Source: Eledone cirrhosa (lineage: Eukaryota). From it: a stretch of DNA of 64,000 bases. Positions 1 through 13,995 of the stretch are shown here, piece by piece. The number at the start of each line of letters is the position of its first letter. Within the stretch, counting starts at the first letter, position 1. The position numbers were made by a program, and so were the translations under genes. Below the pieces are notes generated by a model, which made no database searches, had not been told where the DNA came from, and saw nothing but the letters and a program-made list of their open reading frames with translations. The stretch is from assembly GCA_964016885.1 (NCBI GenBank), contig OZ024741.1, positions 316,820,001 through 316,884,000 of the forward strand, given 5' to 3'.

Positions 1-159
1 TCGGAAGCTCTAGCTGTGGCTCTGTGGCTATAGTTTCCTTCGGCTACGCTGGGTATACAGCCCCGCTCGCCTTGGAAACTCTAGTTGTGAGTCTGTGGCT
101 ATAGCTTCCGGAACGTGAATTCTTGATCTTATTAGTTCATTAATTTTTATATGTACGTA

Positions 160-680
160 CACACATGATGGCTGCAAACTCTGCTAAGAGTACTGGAATC
201 GCTTGTCAATAATAGTTTGGTGCACTTTTAGGCTACGGCCAGTCACACAAACATGTAACAGATCCTGAACAAGCAATGCCTGTGCTTTGAAGGTTTTTTA
301 AGTGGAGAAAGGCCTTGCACTCGACCTATCCCACTCTCTGAGCATCGAAAACACTACCCGAAAAGGAGAACTGGTCAACATCGGATGCTTCTGAAGCCAC
401 AGGGTTTGTTCAGAGTTTCCTTCTCCTAGAAAGGTGTTGTGACAACAACCGGGGGCCTTTCACTCCCAGGTGGAAAAAAAGGTACTATTTGGATGGCCGT
501 TGACTCTGCTGAGATCGTTCGCCCTTTGCCGGGTTTTGTATTTCATCCCCCTGTGTGTTCAAATATCACCCTCCTCACCACGCAAGCTTGGTGGGGTTGC
601 CGTTTTAGTCGCCGACGGCCCGACCACGAGAGACGTTGTACTGGGTTACATGTTACTAGTAGCACTTGAGAGCATATTTT
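160..680 (-). mobile_element. Probable 5' UTR of an RTE-type LINE
   Basis: The minus-strand CTAGGAGAAGGAAACTCTGAA motif resembles RTE 5' UTRs as I recall them. It abuts (CATA)n and no coding part is visible. Confidence 0.35.
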
Positions 681-886
681 TACATACATACATGCATACA
701 TACACTCATACATACATACATACATACATACATACATACATACATACATACATACATACATACATACATACATTAGTCAAAACAAAAAAGATACAGACAT
801 TGGCAAAAACGTGGTGTTATTGATGTTGCTGTCACTGATGTCGCCTTTAGTGGCTCATCAAATTAGGAAGTGACTTGTGATACTAC

Positions 887-1642
887 GCATGTTGGTGGAG
901 TATTGATGATTCTTTTTTATCTTGAAGCTCTCGCCAGTGTTCATTTAACACTGAACACAAATGAACACTGGCGAGAGCTTCAAGATAAAAAAAGAATCAT
1001 CAATACTCCACCAACATGCTAAAATAGAACATAAGGGCAAATTAGAGAACATAGAAATAAAAATAGAGTCTACACACAGAAAAGATGCAATGTTTAGACA
1101 AATCACAGGGCAAATAAACATAAATGAACTCCAACCAAAATTAAATAGAAAACATGAATGGAATAGCACCATCACATCTTACAATTAAGGACAAAATGAA
1201 AACACACACACACATAGAACAAACAACTAACCAGTAATATGTAAATAAACAAATAAATAAACAAATAAAAACACACACAGACACCCGGATGTAACACATG
1301 CGCAAACTAAGCACACAACACACACAAAAACAAGATGGCGTAGGACAGAACAAAGGAGAGGCACAAAACAAAGAATAGAATCCCTAGTCTCTGAAGAGGT
1401 CACAGAATGTGTGACGAAAGAACTTTGAAATATATGAACAACCGTCCGGTTGTGGAACCAACCAACCAACCGGAAGTTTATAAATTCTTAAATTTATAAA
1501 TTTAATTCATAATAAATTGGAGTGAAAGCAACTGGTGCGTGTGTTTCTTATTGGCAACATGACCCTCCCAAAGTATAACAATATCGGTTTCAACACACGT
1601 TTTCAGATAAAGAATCTTGCTAAACAAATTCAGAAACGAAAT
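887..1642 (+). mobile_element. Penelope-like element 3' fragment (GIY-YIG C-terminus, 3' UTR with hammerhead) with fold-back 5' end
   Basis: ORF 961-1188 (SILHQHAKIEH...MFRQIT...QPKLNRKHEWN) is homologous to 14711-15788. Inverted repeat at 887-946/959-1019; ends at (TA)n. Confidence 0.78.
1385..1430 (+). ncRNA. Hammerhead ribozyme-like motif (PLE)
   Basis: CTGAAGA-G-GTCACA gaatg TGTGAC-GAAA-GAACTT. Stem II covaries with the copy at 14907-14960; stem I is poor here. Confidence 0.6.
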
Positions 1643-1659
1643 ATATATATATATATTTT

Positions 1660-2515
1660 ACCCTACTGCTGCTATGCCCTCTGACCACAGACACACCACA
1701 CTCCTCCTGCCTTGACCACTTCCTGTTGCGCGCGCACCCCACATCTCCCCTCTTCCGACCTATCTCTTCACGGATTACACGTATGTGAACCTTTATCCCG
1801 GAATCAACCACATCCAAGGATTTTACCAAGCATCCCACCACATCTTCTTACGGAATCACCTTTATGACTCACCCACACACACACCCAAAAAGAATATTTT
1901 TCCCACACGCCACCTACACCCACAACACGCTTAAACACCACACACACATGTGCGTACCACCTCATATTTACACATTCAGCCTCCGGATTCCTCTCCTCCC
2001 ACCCCTCTATCCACACACGCACACACACTCCGACCTACACCCCACCCCACACACAGCTCTTCCTGAACATGCAACCCCGTTCTTCCCCCAACCCTTGCTT
2101 TCACATACACACACACACACACACACACACGTACACCTACACACACACACACCACCTTCAGCCCTCCCCGCTCGGACACCCCGTCTCCCTCTCCCCACTC
2201 CACCCGCCACCACCCCTACACGCCCCACATCCTTCCACCACCTGTTTTACCCCAGTTTAATTTTATTTTGATCATGCCTTTATTTTTAATTTCATTTGCA
2301 CCGTTTCCTCTCACCCCCTTTTTGCTATATGTCTCTCCACCACTCCCCTACACACCCTTTGAACTCTCTTCCCACACACTTTTCACCTGAAGAAGGGCTT
2401 ATGCCCGAAACGTCGTTCCCCACCACCACCCCACTCACAAGAGCGTGAAATTAATAAACATTTGTTGTACTGCCTCTCTGTTTTGTTCCCGTTCAATTTT
2501 TCATTAATTATATCT
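1660..2515 (+). mobile_element. C/A-rich putative PLE 3' region ending in a hammerhead-like core (2387-2418)
   Basis: Homologous to 34650-35655. Contains CTGAAGA-A-GGGC ttat GCCC-GAAACGTCGTT. Confidence 0.55.
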
Positions 2516-2664
2516 CATAAAATAATACAACTGGCTTTCCACATAATACATATAGTTAGCACCCCAAACACTTAAATTGGGTTTATACTAACATATAACC
2601 TAATGTTTGTTGAGTGAGATGTTTACCAGTCAGAGTTTAGCTTTAAGCTATCTCTGTTATTGTA

Positions 2665-2760
<96 letters not shown>

Positions 2761-2762
2761 AT

Positions 2763-2932
2763 ATATTTATTAAAATAACAGATTAAAATTTAAGCAAAGA
2801 ATCGCTGCTTTCACCCTTAACGATTCGTTGCTTAAACTTTAATCTGTTATTTTAATAAATATTTGCTCTACGGTTCTTATATGTTTGATATATATTTATC
2901 CTTATCGAGCCCTCTTTGGATTTTATTGCAAT
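2763..2932. mobile_element. Short fold-back repeat, family shared with 27910-28136 and 33442-33632
   Basis: Shared ACAGATTAAAGTTTAAGCAAAGAATCGCTGCTTTCACCCTTA and CCTTATCGAGCCCTCTT segments, inverted arms, TA flanks. Confidence 0.7.
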
Positions 2933-3167
2933 ATATATATATATATTGCAATATATATATATATATCAGTTTCTATTTCAATGTTTGTAGTAAGATGATA
3001 GCAATGTTGTTTGTATAAGGTTTGCCATGGTAGGAGTTTGGATTTGTAGTTATATGGTTTCTGTCTAAATGGTGCGAAGGCAGGCATGCTTACACTTCAC
3101 ACCCATGGGCTTCCTGGCTCTGTCCACTGCACAAATTATTTATATACATATACATACATGCACACAC

Positions 3168-3292
<125 letters not shown>

Positions 3293-3461
3293 TACACACA
3301 ATATATTAAATATATTTATACCATTTGACGCGTTCAGTCCGTTGGAATGGATAGGAAGAAAATTACCTCGCCATCGACCTCAGAGAAATATGTATCATGA
3401 AGATGAAAATAAACCTGAATACATCTGCATATGGTCTTCAATGTATTTAATTCTATATATA

Positions 3462-3561
3462 CAGAGTGTCCCCGAAAAATGTATACATACTTTAAATTCC
3501 TGTACAGGCAATATTTTTTAGAATGATGTTGAAATGGGTATACATTTTTGGGGACACCCTG
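3462..3561. mobile_element. Tc1/mariner-type MITE (100 bp)
   Basis: TIRs CAGAGTGTCCCCGAAAAATGTATAC / GTATACATTTTTGGGGACACCCTG, with TA on both sides. Confidence 0.8.
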
Positions 3562-3929
3562 TATATTTATATATAGCGTGTGTTGTGTGTGTGTGTGTAT
3601 GTTTAAATACATTAATTTAGTTGGATTTCAAGGAACTATTAGTTGCATAGCATGTGCTGGCAAAGGTTCACATCATCCGTTATCAGAAGCTGCATATACC
3701 AGCCGCTGATACTAATTATCAGTCATATTTAAATCCGTAAACATCCAAAATTTTAAAGATTGAATGGAAACTAAATTTAGCAAGATAGACTGAATCACAT
3801 TCACCATCTCGCGAGAGGCAGAGTTATTCTTTGATTAGCAGCCGAAGAAATTTATTTAAAACGTGTAAAAATGTGACAACAAAGTGTATAACATTCAAAA
3901 CATACATAAGATACGCGATACTCGCGTGC

Positions 3930-4197
3930 AGGTGTATGTGTGTGTGTGTATGTGTGTATGTTGTCTGTGTGTGTGCGTGTGTGTGCGTGCGTGTGTGTGC
4001 GTGCGTGTGTGTGTATGTATCTGTGTGTGTCTGTGTATGTGTGTGTATATGTATGTGTATGTGTGTGTGTGTATATGTATGTGTGTGTGTGTGTGTGTGT
4101 CTGTGTATGTGTGTGTGTGTATATGTATGTGTGTGTGTGTGTGTCAGTGTATGTGTGTGTGTGTGTATATGTATGTGTGTGTGTGTGTACATATGTA

Positions 4198-4230
<33 letters not shown>

Positions 4231-4263
4231 GTGTATATGTATGTGTATGTGTGTGTGTGTATA

Positions 4264-4294
<31 letters not shown>

Positions 4295-5462
4295 CTGTGT
4301 ATGTGTGTATGTATATGTATGTGTGTGTGTGTGTGTCAGTGTATGTGTGTGTGTGTGTATATGTATGTGTGTGTGTGTATATGTATGTGTGTGTGTGTGT
4401 GTGTGTATATGCTTGCATGATTAAAATATGATTAAATATGATTAAAATAATCACTTCGCTAACACCGTGTTCCCAGTTCGATCTACCTTGGAGACGTGTC
4501 ATTTGTCATATCCTCAATTAGGGGTAGAGAGTAACTATATAGGGGCCAGTCGGATGGACTATACCTTGTCACACTGTGTCATACAGAATCTCCTTGAGAA
4601 TTGCGTTAAGGGTACACGTGTTGGTGGAATGCTCAGCTACTTGCACGTTAATTGGCTATTGAGGCACTCATCGTCGAAACAGATGGAGGTCTATTCCTAT
4701 GTATGTGTGTATGTATGTATGCATGTGTATGTGTGTATATGTGTATGTATGCATGTGTATGTGTGTATATGTGTGTATATGTGTATGTATGTGTATGTGT
4801 ATGTATGTGTATGTGTGTATATGTGTATATGTGTATGTATGTGTATGTGTATGTATGTATGTGTATGTGTGTATGTGTATGTGTATGTCTGTATGTGTAT
4901 GTGTGTATGTGTGTACGTGTATGTGTGTACGTGTGTATGTGTATGTGTGTATATGCGTATGTATGTGTATGTGTATGTATGTGTATGTGTGTATGTGTGT
5001 ATGTGTATGTGTGTATGTATGTATGTGTATATGTGTATGTGTGTATATGTGTGTGTATGTGTATGTGTGTGTATGTGTGTATGTGTGTATATATGTATGT
5101 GTGTATGTGTGTATGTGTGTATATATGTGTATATGTGTGTATGTGTATATGTGTGTATGTGTGTATATGTGTGTATGTGTGTATGTGTGTGTATATGTGT
5201 GTATGTGTGTATGTGTATATGTGTGTATATGTGTGCATGTGTGTATGTGTATATGTGTGTATGTGTGTATGTGTGTATGTGTATATGTGTATATGTGTGT
5301 ATGTGTGTATGTGTGTATGTGTATATGTGTGTATATGTGTGTATGTGTATATGTGTGTATGTGTGTATATGTGTATATGTGTGTATGTGTATATGTGTGT
5401 ATATGTGTGTATGTGTGTATGTGTGTGTATATGTGTGTATGTGTGTATGTGTGTATGTGTGT
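3930..5462. repeat. Compound (TG/TA/TATG)n microsatellite tracts interrupted by a SINE-like segment at ~4445-4690
   Basis: Direct reading of the repeats. The 4570-4655 segment resembles 42135-42212. Confidence 0.9.
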
Positions 5463-5601
5463 AAACGTGAAAGAAAGTTTGTCGCTTTAATCTTGTGTAT
5501 TTTTATGCCATTGGTAGCAAAACCAACTTGTTTCTAAAGATGAGTGGCCTAATGACAATTATGACATCAAAAGCACTTCCACCGCCGCCATCACCACCAC
5601 C

Positions 5602-5639
<38 letters not shown>

Positions 5640-5669
5640 CGTTGTTACTACAGCAACAACAAAAACTAT

Positions 5670-5701
<32 letters not shown>

Positions 5702-5736
5702 TCAGCTCTACTACTGCTACTCCTACCCTTGTTACA

Positions 5737-5787
<51 letters not shown>

Positions 5788-5800
5788 GCTGCTACTACTG

Positions 5801-5855
<55 letters not shown>

Positions 5856-6263
5856 CACCACCACCACTTCACTACCACCATCAACACCACACCCGTCTGA
5901 AACAGCCTGATTATCTACTAACATATACTCTCATCACCCCCAGTCAATAAATACAGCCACCCCCCCACCTGATAGTTAAACATCAAAGTACATAACTACT
6001 CTTTCATCTTTTTTTTCTGACAAACTTTTAGCAAACATCTTACATTAACTATCCTCTATAGACTTATATATCCCTCTCACAAAATCTTATAACCCAGATC
6101 CCATTAGCCATCCTCTATAGACTTGTATCTTATAACTATCCTCCATGGGCTTTTATATATCACTATCACAGAATCAATATTACCTCTCCACCCTCACAAC
6201 CCCATGACTGACACCCGATTCTTCTCTGCACGGATTTCACCAAGAAGACCAACCTGACATATT

Positions 6264-6344
<81 letters not shown>

Positions 6345-6396
6345 ATATATATATATATATGAGAATAAACGTGCTGCGGTGTTGCAAATGGGTTAC

Positions 6397-6505
6397 ATAT
6401 GAATAAAGTGGTCAATCATCAGTGATCTTCCAACCATCATCGGTATTTCTTCGCTTTAAGAAATACCGATGATGGTTGGAAGATCACTGATGAAGGACCA
6501 CTTTA

Positions 6506-6512
<7 letters not shown>
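6397..6512. repeat. ~55-bp-arm palindrome abutting (TA)n
   Basis: Arms 6397-6451 and 6458-6512. Related to 28340-28395. Confidence 0.9.
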
Positions 6513-6565
<53 letters not shown>

Positions 6566-6614
6566 CGGAAAAAATGAAACGAAATTTCATTTCTCACTCT
6601 TAGTACGGCTGTTA

Positions 6615-6859
6615 CTTAAATATAAGTATGTATACGTACATACATATATGTATACAGACGTACAGTAGTATGTATATATATATACATACATGCACATATA
6701 TATATATATGTACGTATGGATTCGGTGAATCGTATGAATTCGGTGAAACGTGTGGATTCGGTAAATCCATACGTACATATATATATGTGTGCATGTATGT
6801 ATATATATATATACATACTACTGTACGCCTGTATACATATATGTATGTACGTATATATA

Positions 6860-6865
<6 letters not shown>
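6615..6865. mobile_element. MITE-like inverted repeat with a GGATTCGGTGAA tandem core
   Basis: ~100-bp imperfect arms at 6625-6722 and 6764-6861 around three RRATTCGGTRAA units. Confidence 0.6.
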
Positions 6866-6941
<76 letters not shown>

Positions 6942-7074
6942 GTTGTTAAACAATATTCGATGATTATGTCAAAGTTTTACAGTAGATTGGAAGCACTCAA
7001 CTGGAAATAAATTTTCAGGAGTTATTAATATTAAATTATAAGTATTAATAAAATAGATGTTCTTTTGATCAATT

Positions 7075-7131
7075 ACATTTTATTATACATATTTCGGATG
7101 TACAACAGTACGTCCTCATCAGACAAAATAT
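7075..7131 (-). ncRNA. Type I hammerhead ribozyme (mirror copy)
   Basis: Reverse complement of 7217-7273. Confidence 0.85.
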
Positions 7132-7216
7132 AATGATACATGACATACCCTGAGATATTAAATGGTTAAGATTTAATCTTAACCATTTAACATCTCAGGG
7201 TATGTCATGTATCATT

Positions 7217-7273
7217 ATATTTTGTCTGATGAGGACGTACTGTTGTACATCCGAAATATGTATAATAAAATGT
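7217..7273 (+). ncRNA. Type I hammerhead ribozyme
   Basis: ATATTTTGT-CTGATGA-GGACGTAC tgtt GTACATCC-GAAA-TATGTATA-ATAAAATGT: 9-bp stem I, stem II with one mismatch, short self-complementary stem III, AUA triplet. Confidence 0.85.
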
Positions 7274-7311
7274 AATTGATCAAAAGAACATCTATTTTAT
7301 TAATACTTATA

Positions 7312-7372
<61 letters not shown>

Positions 7373-7373
<1 letters not shown>

Positions 7374-7858
7374 TAGCAGAAAAACCACCCTACGTGTGGT
7401 TTTCTACTATCATGTGTAGTGTGTATATTGATATTATACACAAATATATATGCATGTAAATATGATACATCAAATAAAATCGTAATTGACAATATACACA
7501 GAAATTGAACAAAGTCTATGTTACACTGTCTTCTGTAATCAGTAATCCATGATATATTTAAAAAAAGACGACATTATATATAAACTGCATCAGGAGAAAA
7601 TTAGCGACGGAAATATATGCGATTATAAGTGTTATAATATAACGGCCGCTAACCGGAAGTGTTGACATTTGATAATTTTAAAGAAGTGAATTTTAAAGAT
7701 TAAGCTATAAAATATATTTAATCAACAGCCACGAAATTTAGCACATAAATTATGTAATATTCATTCATTATTTATTCAAAGTAATCCAAACTTATTTTAC
7801 AAACGGGGTAAAAAAATATATTCTGGACGCAATCCCGCAGATCTACCTTTATTATATA
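7373..7858 (-). mobile_element. Non-autonomous Helitron-like element
   Basis: The minus-strand 3' end has a hairpin AAAACCAC...GTGGTTTT followed by CTAG|T, and the 5' end is TATAATAAA-like. A second copy is at 37863-38622. Confidence 0.7.
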
Positions 7859-7872
7859 TTATATATATATTA

Positions 7873-7925
<53 letters not shown>

Positions 7926-7998
7926 CTATATAATACAGTGTTCGAATCTAGCTGTCGAAACGGCCGGAGCTCAGCCGTCGGGGTCCTAACTCTTTTGG

Positions 7999-8049
<51 letters not shown>

Positions 8050-8074
8050 ATGTATGTATGTATGTATGTATGTA

Positions 8075-8157
<83 letters not shown>

Positions 8158-8499
8158 CTCAGGTTGAATACATTGTTGTACTCTTCTTTTCTTTTTCTTT
8201 TATTAAGGGAATTTGTGATTTCTGTGATTCCTTTAAAATTAGTTTGGAAAAATAAACGAAAAACGAAAATCCCACTAAAGTTTCGAAGTCCATCTAGAAA
8301 CTAGAAATGTTAATTATTATATTCTAGAATTGTCTTACACAGAATGTTCGGGGAACTGAATTTTCGGGCTTAGTTTCTTTTTCTTTCCCTTTTTCCTACT
8401 CCGTCTTCAATATCTTATCACCTTTCAGTGTATCTATTTCAGGTGAAGAATTTGGAGGCATTTACTAAAATTATTAATAATTTCATTATTAAGATGGTA

Positions 8500-8693
8500 T
8501 GAAGTTGATGGATTGGCTAAATCGATTGAGCGCCAGTCAAAATGCTTTTTCAGCATTTAGTTACGTTCTGAGGTCAACATTGCCTTTCTTCTTCCGAGGT
8601 GAATAAAATGAAGTACCAGTCACGTACTGAGATCGATATAATCGACTTTCTCCCTCCCACAAATTGATGGCCTTATGCATAAATTAGAAACTG
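8500..8693 (+). mobile_element. SINE with target-site duplication TTATTAAGATGGTA
   Basis: The TTGCCTTTC...ATAAAATGAAGTACCAGT...GGCCTT...TAGAAAC core is shared with 14398-14530, 38350-38532 and 44950-45060. Flanking direct repeat present. Confidence 0.7.
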
Positions 8694-9010
8694 TTATTAA
8701 GATGGTAATCGTAAAATAACTTAAGAAACATTTCTTACATAAGCTCGTGCTGGAAAGTTATAATTCAATCAAATATTATCTACTGGTCAAAGACCTGACA
8801 GAAGTGCAACACAGCATGTATTGATCCGGAACAAGTAACACAAGGCATCCTGTCCAACTTTTTAACAATTCTGTGAATCCACGGTCGGTGAAATAGTGGT
8901 AGATTTATCGACCCTGAAAGAATGAAAGACAAAGATTACCTCGGTGAGATTTGAAATAGAAATAGAAGCGACAACCCATGAATTATATCATATCGTCTTT
9001 ACAAAAGGAA

Positions 9011-9385
<375 letters not shown>

Positions 9386-9395
9386 CCCACATTTT

Positions 9396-9442
<47 letters not shown>

Positions 9443-9981
9443 CGTAAGATAAGAAAATTATAAAATTATAAAAAGATTATAAAATTGACTTACTTACTAA
9501 AATATCACTTTCAACTAATTAGTTTCTGGAATGGAGTAAATATATTTTCCGAAGATCATATAGATCATATAGAAAGAAACAAAAAAGGAAAAAAATATTT
9601 TTTTCTTCCTAATAATCGTCTCTTTCTCCCTGTTTTCATATATATATATCTTTTTTCTGGGTTAGAAAATGATTAAAACGAAATGTTTAACTTTGTGTGA
9701 AGGCATTAGTTGATTTATTTATTATTTAACAATGGCATTTATTTATCTATTTATATATTTAATAATTGTCTATTACCGGTTTCAGCATTTATATGCATTA
9801 TCAAATGATAGTGAAATGTATTAGTGTGGTATATATATATATATATGTTTGTCCCGGGTTCAATCGGGGGTAACCACAGTAAGTAAGGTACTCAATACAT
9901 AGCAGAGTATAAATATTTAATATAGAAATGGCTTCTACAGGATTATAACTGTTTCATTCGGAGGAAATCAATATATATATA

Positions 9982-10051
<70 letters not shown>

Positions 10052-10170
10052 GGATGATCATAACTGGAATGTTTTTTATCATGTTTCTAGGCCAGAGCTA
10101 ATCTGGGACCGAACTAAAAACTAAGGCTACTGCTGCTGCTGTTGCTGCTCCTGCTGCTGCTGCTGCTGCT

Positions 10171-10251
<81 letters not shown>

Positions 10252-10334
10252 ATGCCTCCAATACCACCACCACCGCCAGTTACAGAAGCGTCACTGATAT
10301 GTGCGCGTGTATCGCTCTCTCCCTCTCCCCCCCC

Positions 10335-10412
<78 letters not shown>

Positions 10413-10574
10413 AACCTAAACACCATACGATGAAAGCAGGTAGCCAGCTACATCAGGCCAACATCTCTGCCTGTGTATTTATTTATTCTCTGCATTAAAT
10501 TAGTCAATGACCCAAGATTGAACCCAACTGTCTGTTATATACATTTACACACACACACACACACGCACACACAC

Positions 10575-10693
<119 letters not shown>

Positions 10694-10718
10694 CACTAAA
10701 GCACACGCGCACCTCAAC

Positions 10719-10790
<72 letters not shown>

Positions 10791-11366
10791 TAGAATGATC
10801 GAGTATCGAAAAATCGGCGCACGAGTTCACGATAAACAAAATTCGAAATGAGCGGCAGAGGGCTCAATAATTCAGAAGAATCAGAGCTATAACTATCGTT
10901 AAAATACCGACACACATAGAACAAGTCTAAAATCAACCATACGATAAAAAAATCGATAATAGAAGATTCGGGACAATCAGATAAAAAATATCAATAAATC
11001 AATAAATCAATAATTTAAATGAATATACAAAAGCACACGCGCACGCGCACCTCAACCTACACACACACGCACACGCACACACGAAGGTCGGCCGTCCGCG
11101 TTCGGTTGTCGAACTTGGAGGGTGGTTCACGGGCTGGTTTACCAGGAGTCATGAGTGCCGTGCTGGCGTTCGGTTTAAGGTATTTGCTAAGTGTTCTTTG
11201 GACTGATTCAGTGGGCTGGAACTAAAGAAATACAGAAAATGAATACAACAGTGTTTGTTAATTCCTACTTGGGGAAAATGTATTTTCTACGTTTGAGATG
11301 TTTTACCGTTTCAACATACGGTCTTAGATCAAGCCACTTTCTATCTTGTCAAACAACTACAATTCC

Positions 11367-11455
<89 letters not shown>

Positions 11456-11456
11456 A

Positions 11457-11532
<76 letters not shown>

Positions 11533-11550
11533 AATATATATATATATAAA

Positions 11551-11680
11551 TTATTCCGGGTTGAATTGGAGGTAACCACAGTAAGTAAGGTACTCAATAC
11601 ATAGCAGAGTATAAATGTTTTAATATAGAAGAGCTTCTACAGGACTAGAACTGTTTCATTCGTGAGAAATCATCAGCTTG
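11551..11680 (-). mobile_element. Short TA-flanked repeat (copies at 9850-9972 and 12632-12775) with a hammerhead-like core on the minus strand
   Basis: The minus strand reads CTGATGA-TTTC tcac GAAT-GAAAC agttcta GTC-CTGTAG. Stem I is truncated. Confidence 0.6.
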
Positions 11681-11820
11681 ATATATATATATATATATGC
11701 ATACACACACACAATGCATACACACACAGGAGATTCCAACCAGAATGGTTGCATTGAAATATGTATAATGAAATAAATATGGTTTTACAAATATAGTTTC
11801 CATTTGTTAATATTGTATAT

Positions 11821-11908
<88 letters not shown>

Positions 11909-11909
<1 letters not shown>

Positions 11910-12312
11910 TAGCTGATGTACCCAGCTTCGCTCCGGTAAACAGATGATAAAAGAAGACCGTGATGTGTGTGTGTGTGCGAAAAAAGAAAGAAAAACAGTA
12001 AAATAAATCTCCCAGATACACCAGATTCTTCGTTTTACCGTTCGTGCATAGTATATGAAGACTTCTAGGTGTTTCCACTTGTGAAAAAACTACATATAAC
12101 TGTCCATGAGTGAGTTAAAAGTGATTTTCCTGTATTCATTTCTACAACTTTGAAACACTGAGCCTGAGATTTATTTATAGTCATAGCATAAATCAATAAA
12201 CCTTCCTGGATATATCCTTATTTCATTGCTGTACTTATTTTTTGATTATCACTTTTCGTTTTTATGTGATACACATAGGAACCAACCAACAAACATCTCC
12301 CTTTTATATAAA
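11909..12312 (-). mobile_element. Non-autonomous Helitron-like element
   Basis: Terminus ACTAGCTGATGTACCCAGCTTCGCTCCGG (CTAG plus a degenerate hairpin) in (TA)n. The other end reads CTTTTATATA. Confidence 0.55.
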
Positions 12313-12340
12313 TATGAGAAATTTTATATATATTTATACA

Positions 12341-12376
<36 letters not shown>

Positions 12377-12380
<4 letters not shown>

Positions 12381-12563
12381 AAGTATGACCCCGACGGCAG
12401 AGCTCAAGCCGTTTCGACGGCTATTTCTGGACATAAATAGCCGTCGAAACGGTTTGAGCTCTGCCGTCGGGGTCATACTTTTTCCTATTCCCACTCTACT
12501 ACCCTAAGTATTGAGTACTCTGGTGCGTTATGGTCCATCTGATTCCTTACCACAATTCCTTTG

Positions 12564-12566
<3 letters not shown>
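12377..12566. mobile_element. 50-bp-arm palindrome (12377-12484) plus tail; family also at 7949-7998, 14550-14622 and 35678-35770
   Basis: Shared AGCCGTCGAAACGG...AGCTCTGCCGTCGGGGTC and GTTATGGTCCAT...CCTTACCACAA, with TA on both sides. Confidence 0.8.
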
Positions 12567-12633
<67 letters not shown>

Positions 12634-13289
12634 GCTTCTACAAGACTAGAACTGTTTCATTCGTGAGAAATCATCTAGTCCTGTAGAAGCTTTTCTATAT
12701 TAAAGCATTTATACTCTGCTATGTATTGAGTACCTTACTTACTGTGATTACCCCCGATTGAACCCGGAATAACTTATATATATATATATATAAGACTATA
12801 TGTTGAAACACTAAAACATCTCAAACGTAGAAAATACAGCTGTCAGCTTAGAAATGTGAGCAAACTATTTTTAGGGCTCCTTTTATCACTCCCTCTCCTG
12901 ATTAGAGAAAACAGTGGTGTATCTAAGTCTACCTCCTTTGTCACCACAAGAGGATTTGTGCTAGAACTGTCATCACCTAGTGGTCGTCGGAATAACTAGA
13001 GACTTCCAGTAATATACTTTACCTGTCTCCATCACTTTTACTCTCTCACCAGAGGGCATTATTGCAAATAGGCGAAGCTGTGTGCAAATAAATTGATGTT
13101 AGTTGTTAGAATGCCTGCAAGGATGAATTGTTTTAAGTAGTGAAGGATTGTGTAGAGCCAGCCACACGTTTTGAAATTGTTGCAAGAGCACTATGGATTT
13201 TACTTCTATTTTGTTCTTTGCGGGCATTTTGGTTATAGATGGTGAGCAAGAATAATATATCCTCACAGTGAGGTAATCGAAGAGTTTCC

Positions 13290-13995
13290 TGTATCTATGT
13301 TGTGGTAGAAAGTGCTTACGTTTAGTGAGAATGGAAGGGCGAAACAGATTCTTTTTCTTTTTCTATTTCTATTCTTAGGTTGAGGTCTATTGGGCATGTA
13401 CTTGATCTCTTCTCCGAGTCCACTATCTTGAAGCACCTTGTAGTACGGTGCTACCTTTTCAAATATTTCAATATTAGATGATAAATTCGAGATTCTACGG
13501 CTAATATTAGACACTAGATTATTAAAAACCGTAGTTGGGTGACAGGATCCTCTGTTGATATATCATAAGCTTTCATTTTGCTTTTGGTAGAGCTTATGTG
13601 TGCCTGCTGATATGTCTAAGTTGACGCCGAGTAAGTCTGACCTAGTGACATTCGTGAGTCCTAGGGTGTTAAAGGTGTCGTTTTAATCCTTACGAAACCT
13701 GTCTAGTCAGTGTCTGCTGCAATTCTGCTCTAACAAAGACCGTCGTCACGATATAGGCCAATAGTGTGGTTGAGGAATTTACGTTAAAGCGTATGGAGTA
13801 TGTATAATTCAACCAGAATATATACATAAGAGCTGTGGAAGGAACCACTGATGTCGAAAGAATCTTCTGGATCGGAATTTTTTTTACCCAAGCGGAACCG
13901 TTGTTAAACAGAGGGTTCTTCTGGTGTGGTAAATAAGGTGTCTTGCTCATGGTCACAGATGGATCCGAAGGAACAGATTTTGGTCTTTTATTTGC
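13290..13995 (-). pseudogene. Degenerate Penelope-like reverse transcriptase fragment
   Basis: Minus-strand LFNNGSAWVKK, GLYRDDGL (YRDD at 13742-13753), YINRGSCHP, ISRRISNLSS and RKRKRICFALPFSLNVST. Confidence 0.85.

Larger units (their letters stand above)
7028..7320. mobile_element. Near-perfect 146-bp-arm palindrome derived from a PLE terminal repeat
   Basis: Symmetry centre at 7174. Each arm holds a complete hammerhead; the right end is at (TA)n. Confidence 0.9.

Noticed and set aside
3-109. Two ~36-nt imperfect hairpin repeats (GGAA...TTCC)
   Set aside because: Only two copies at the window edge; function cannot be assigned and they are probably internal to a LINE UTR.
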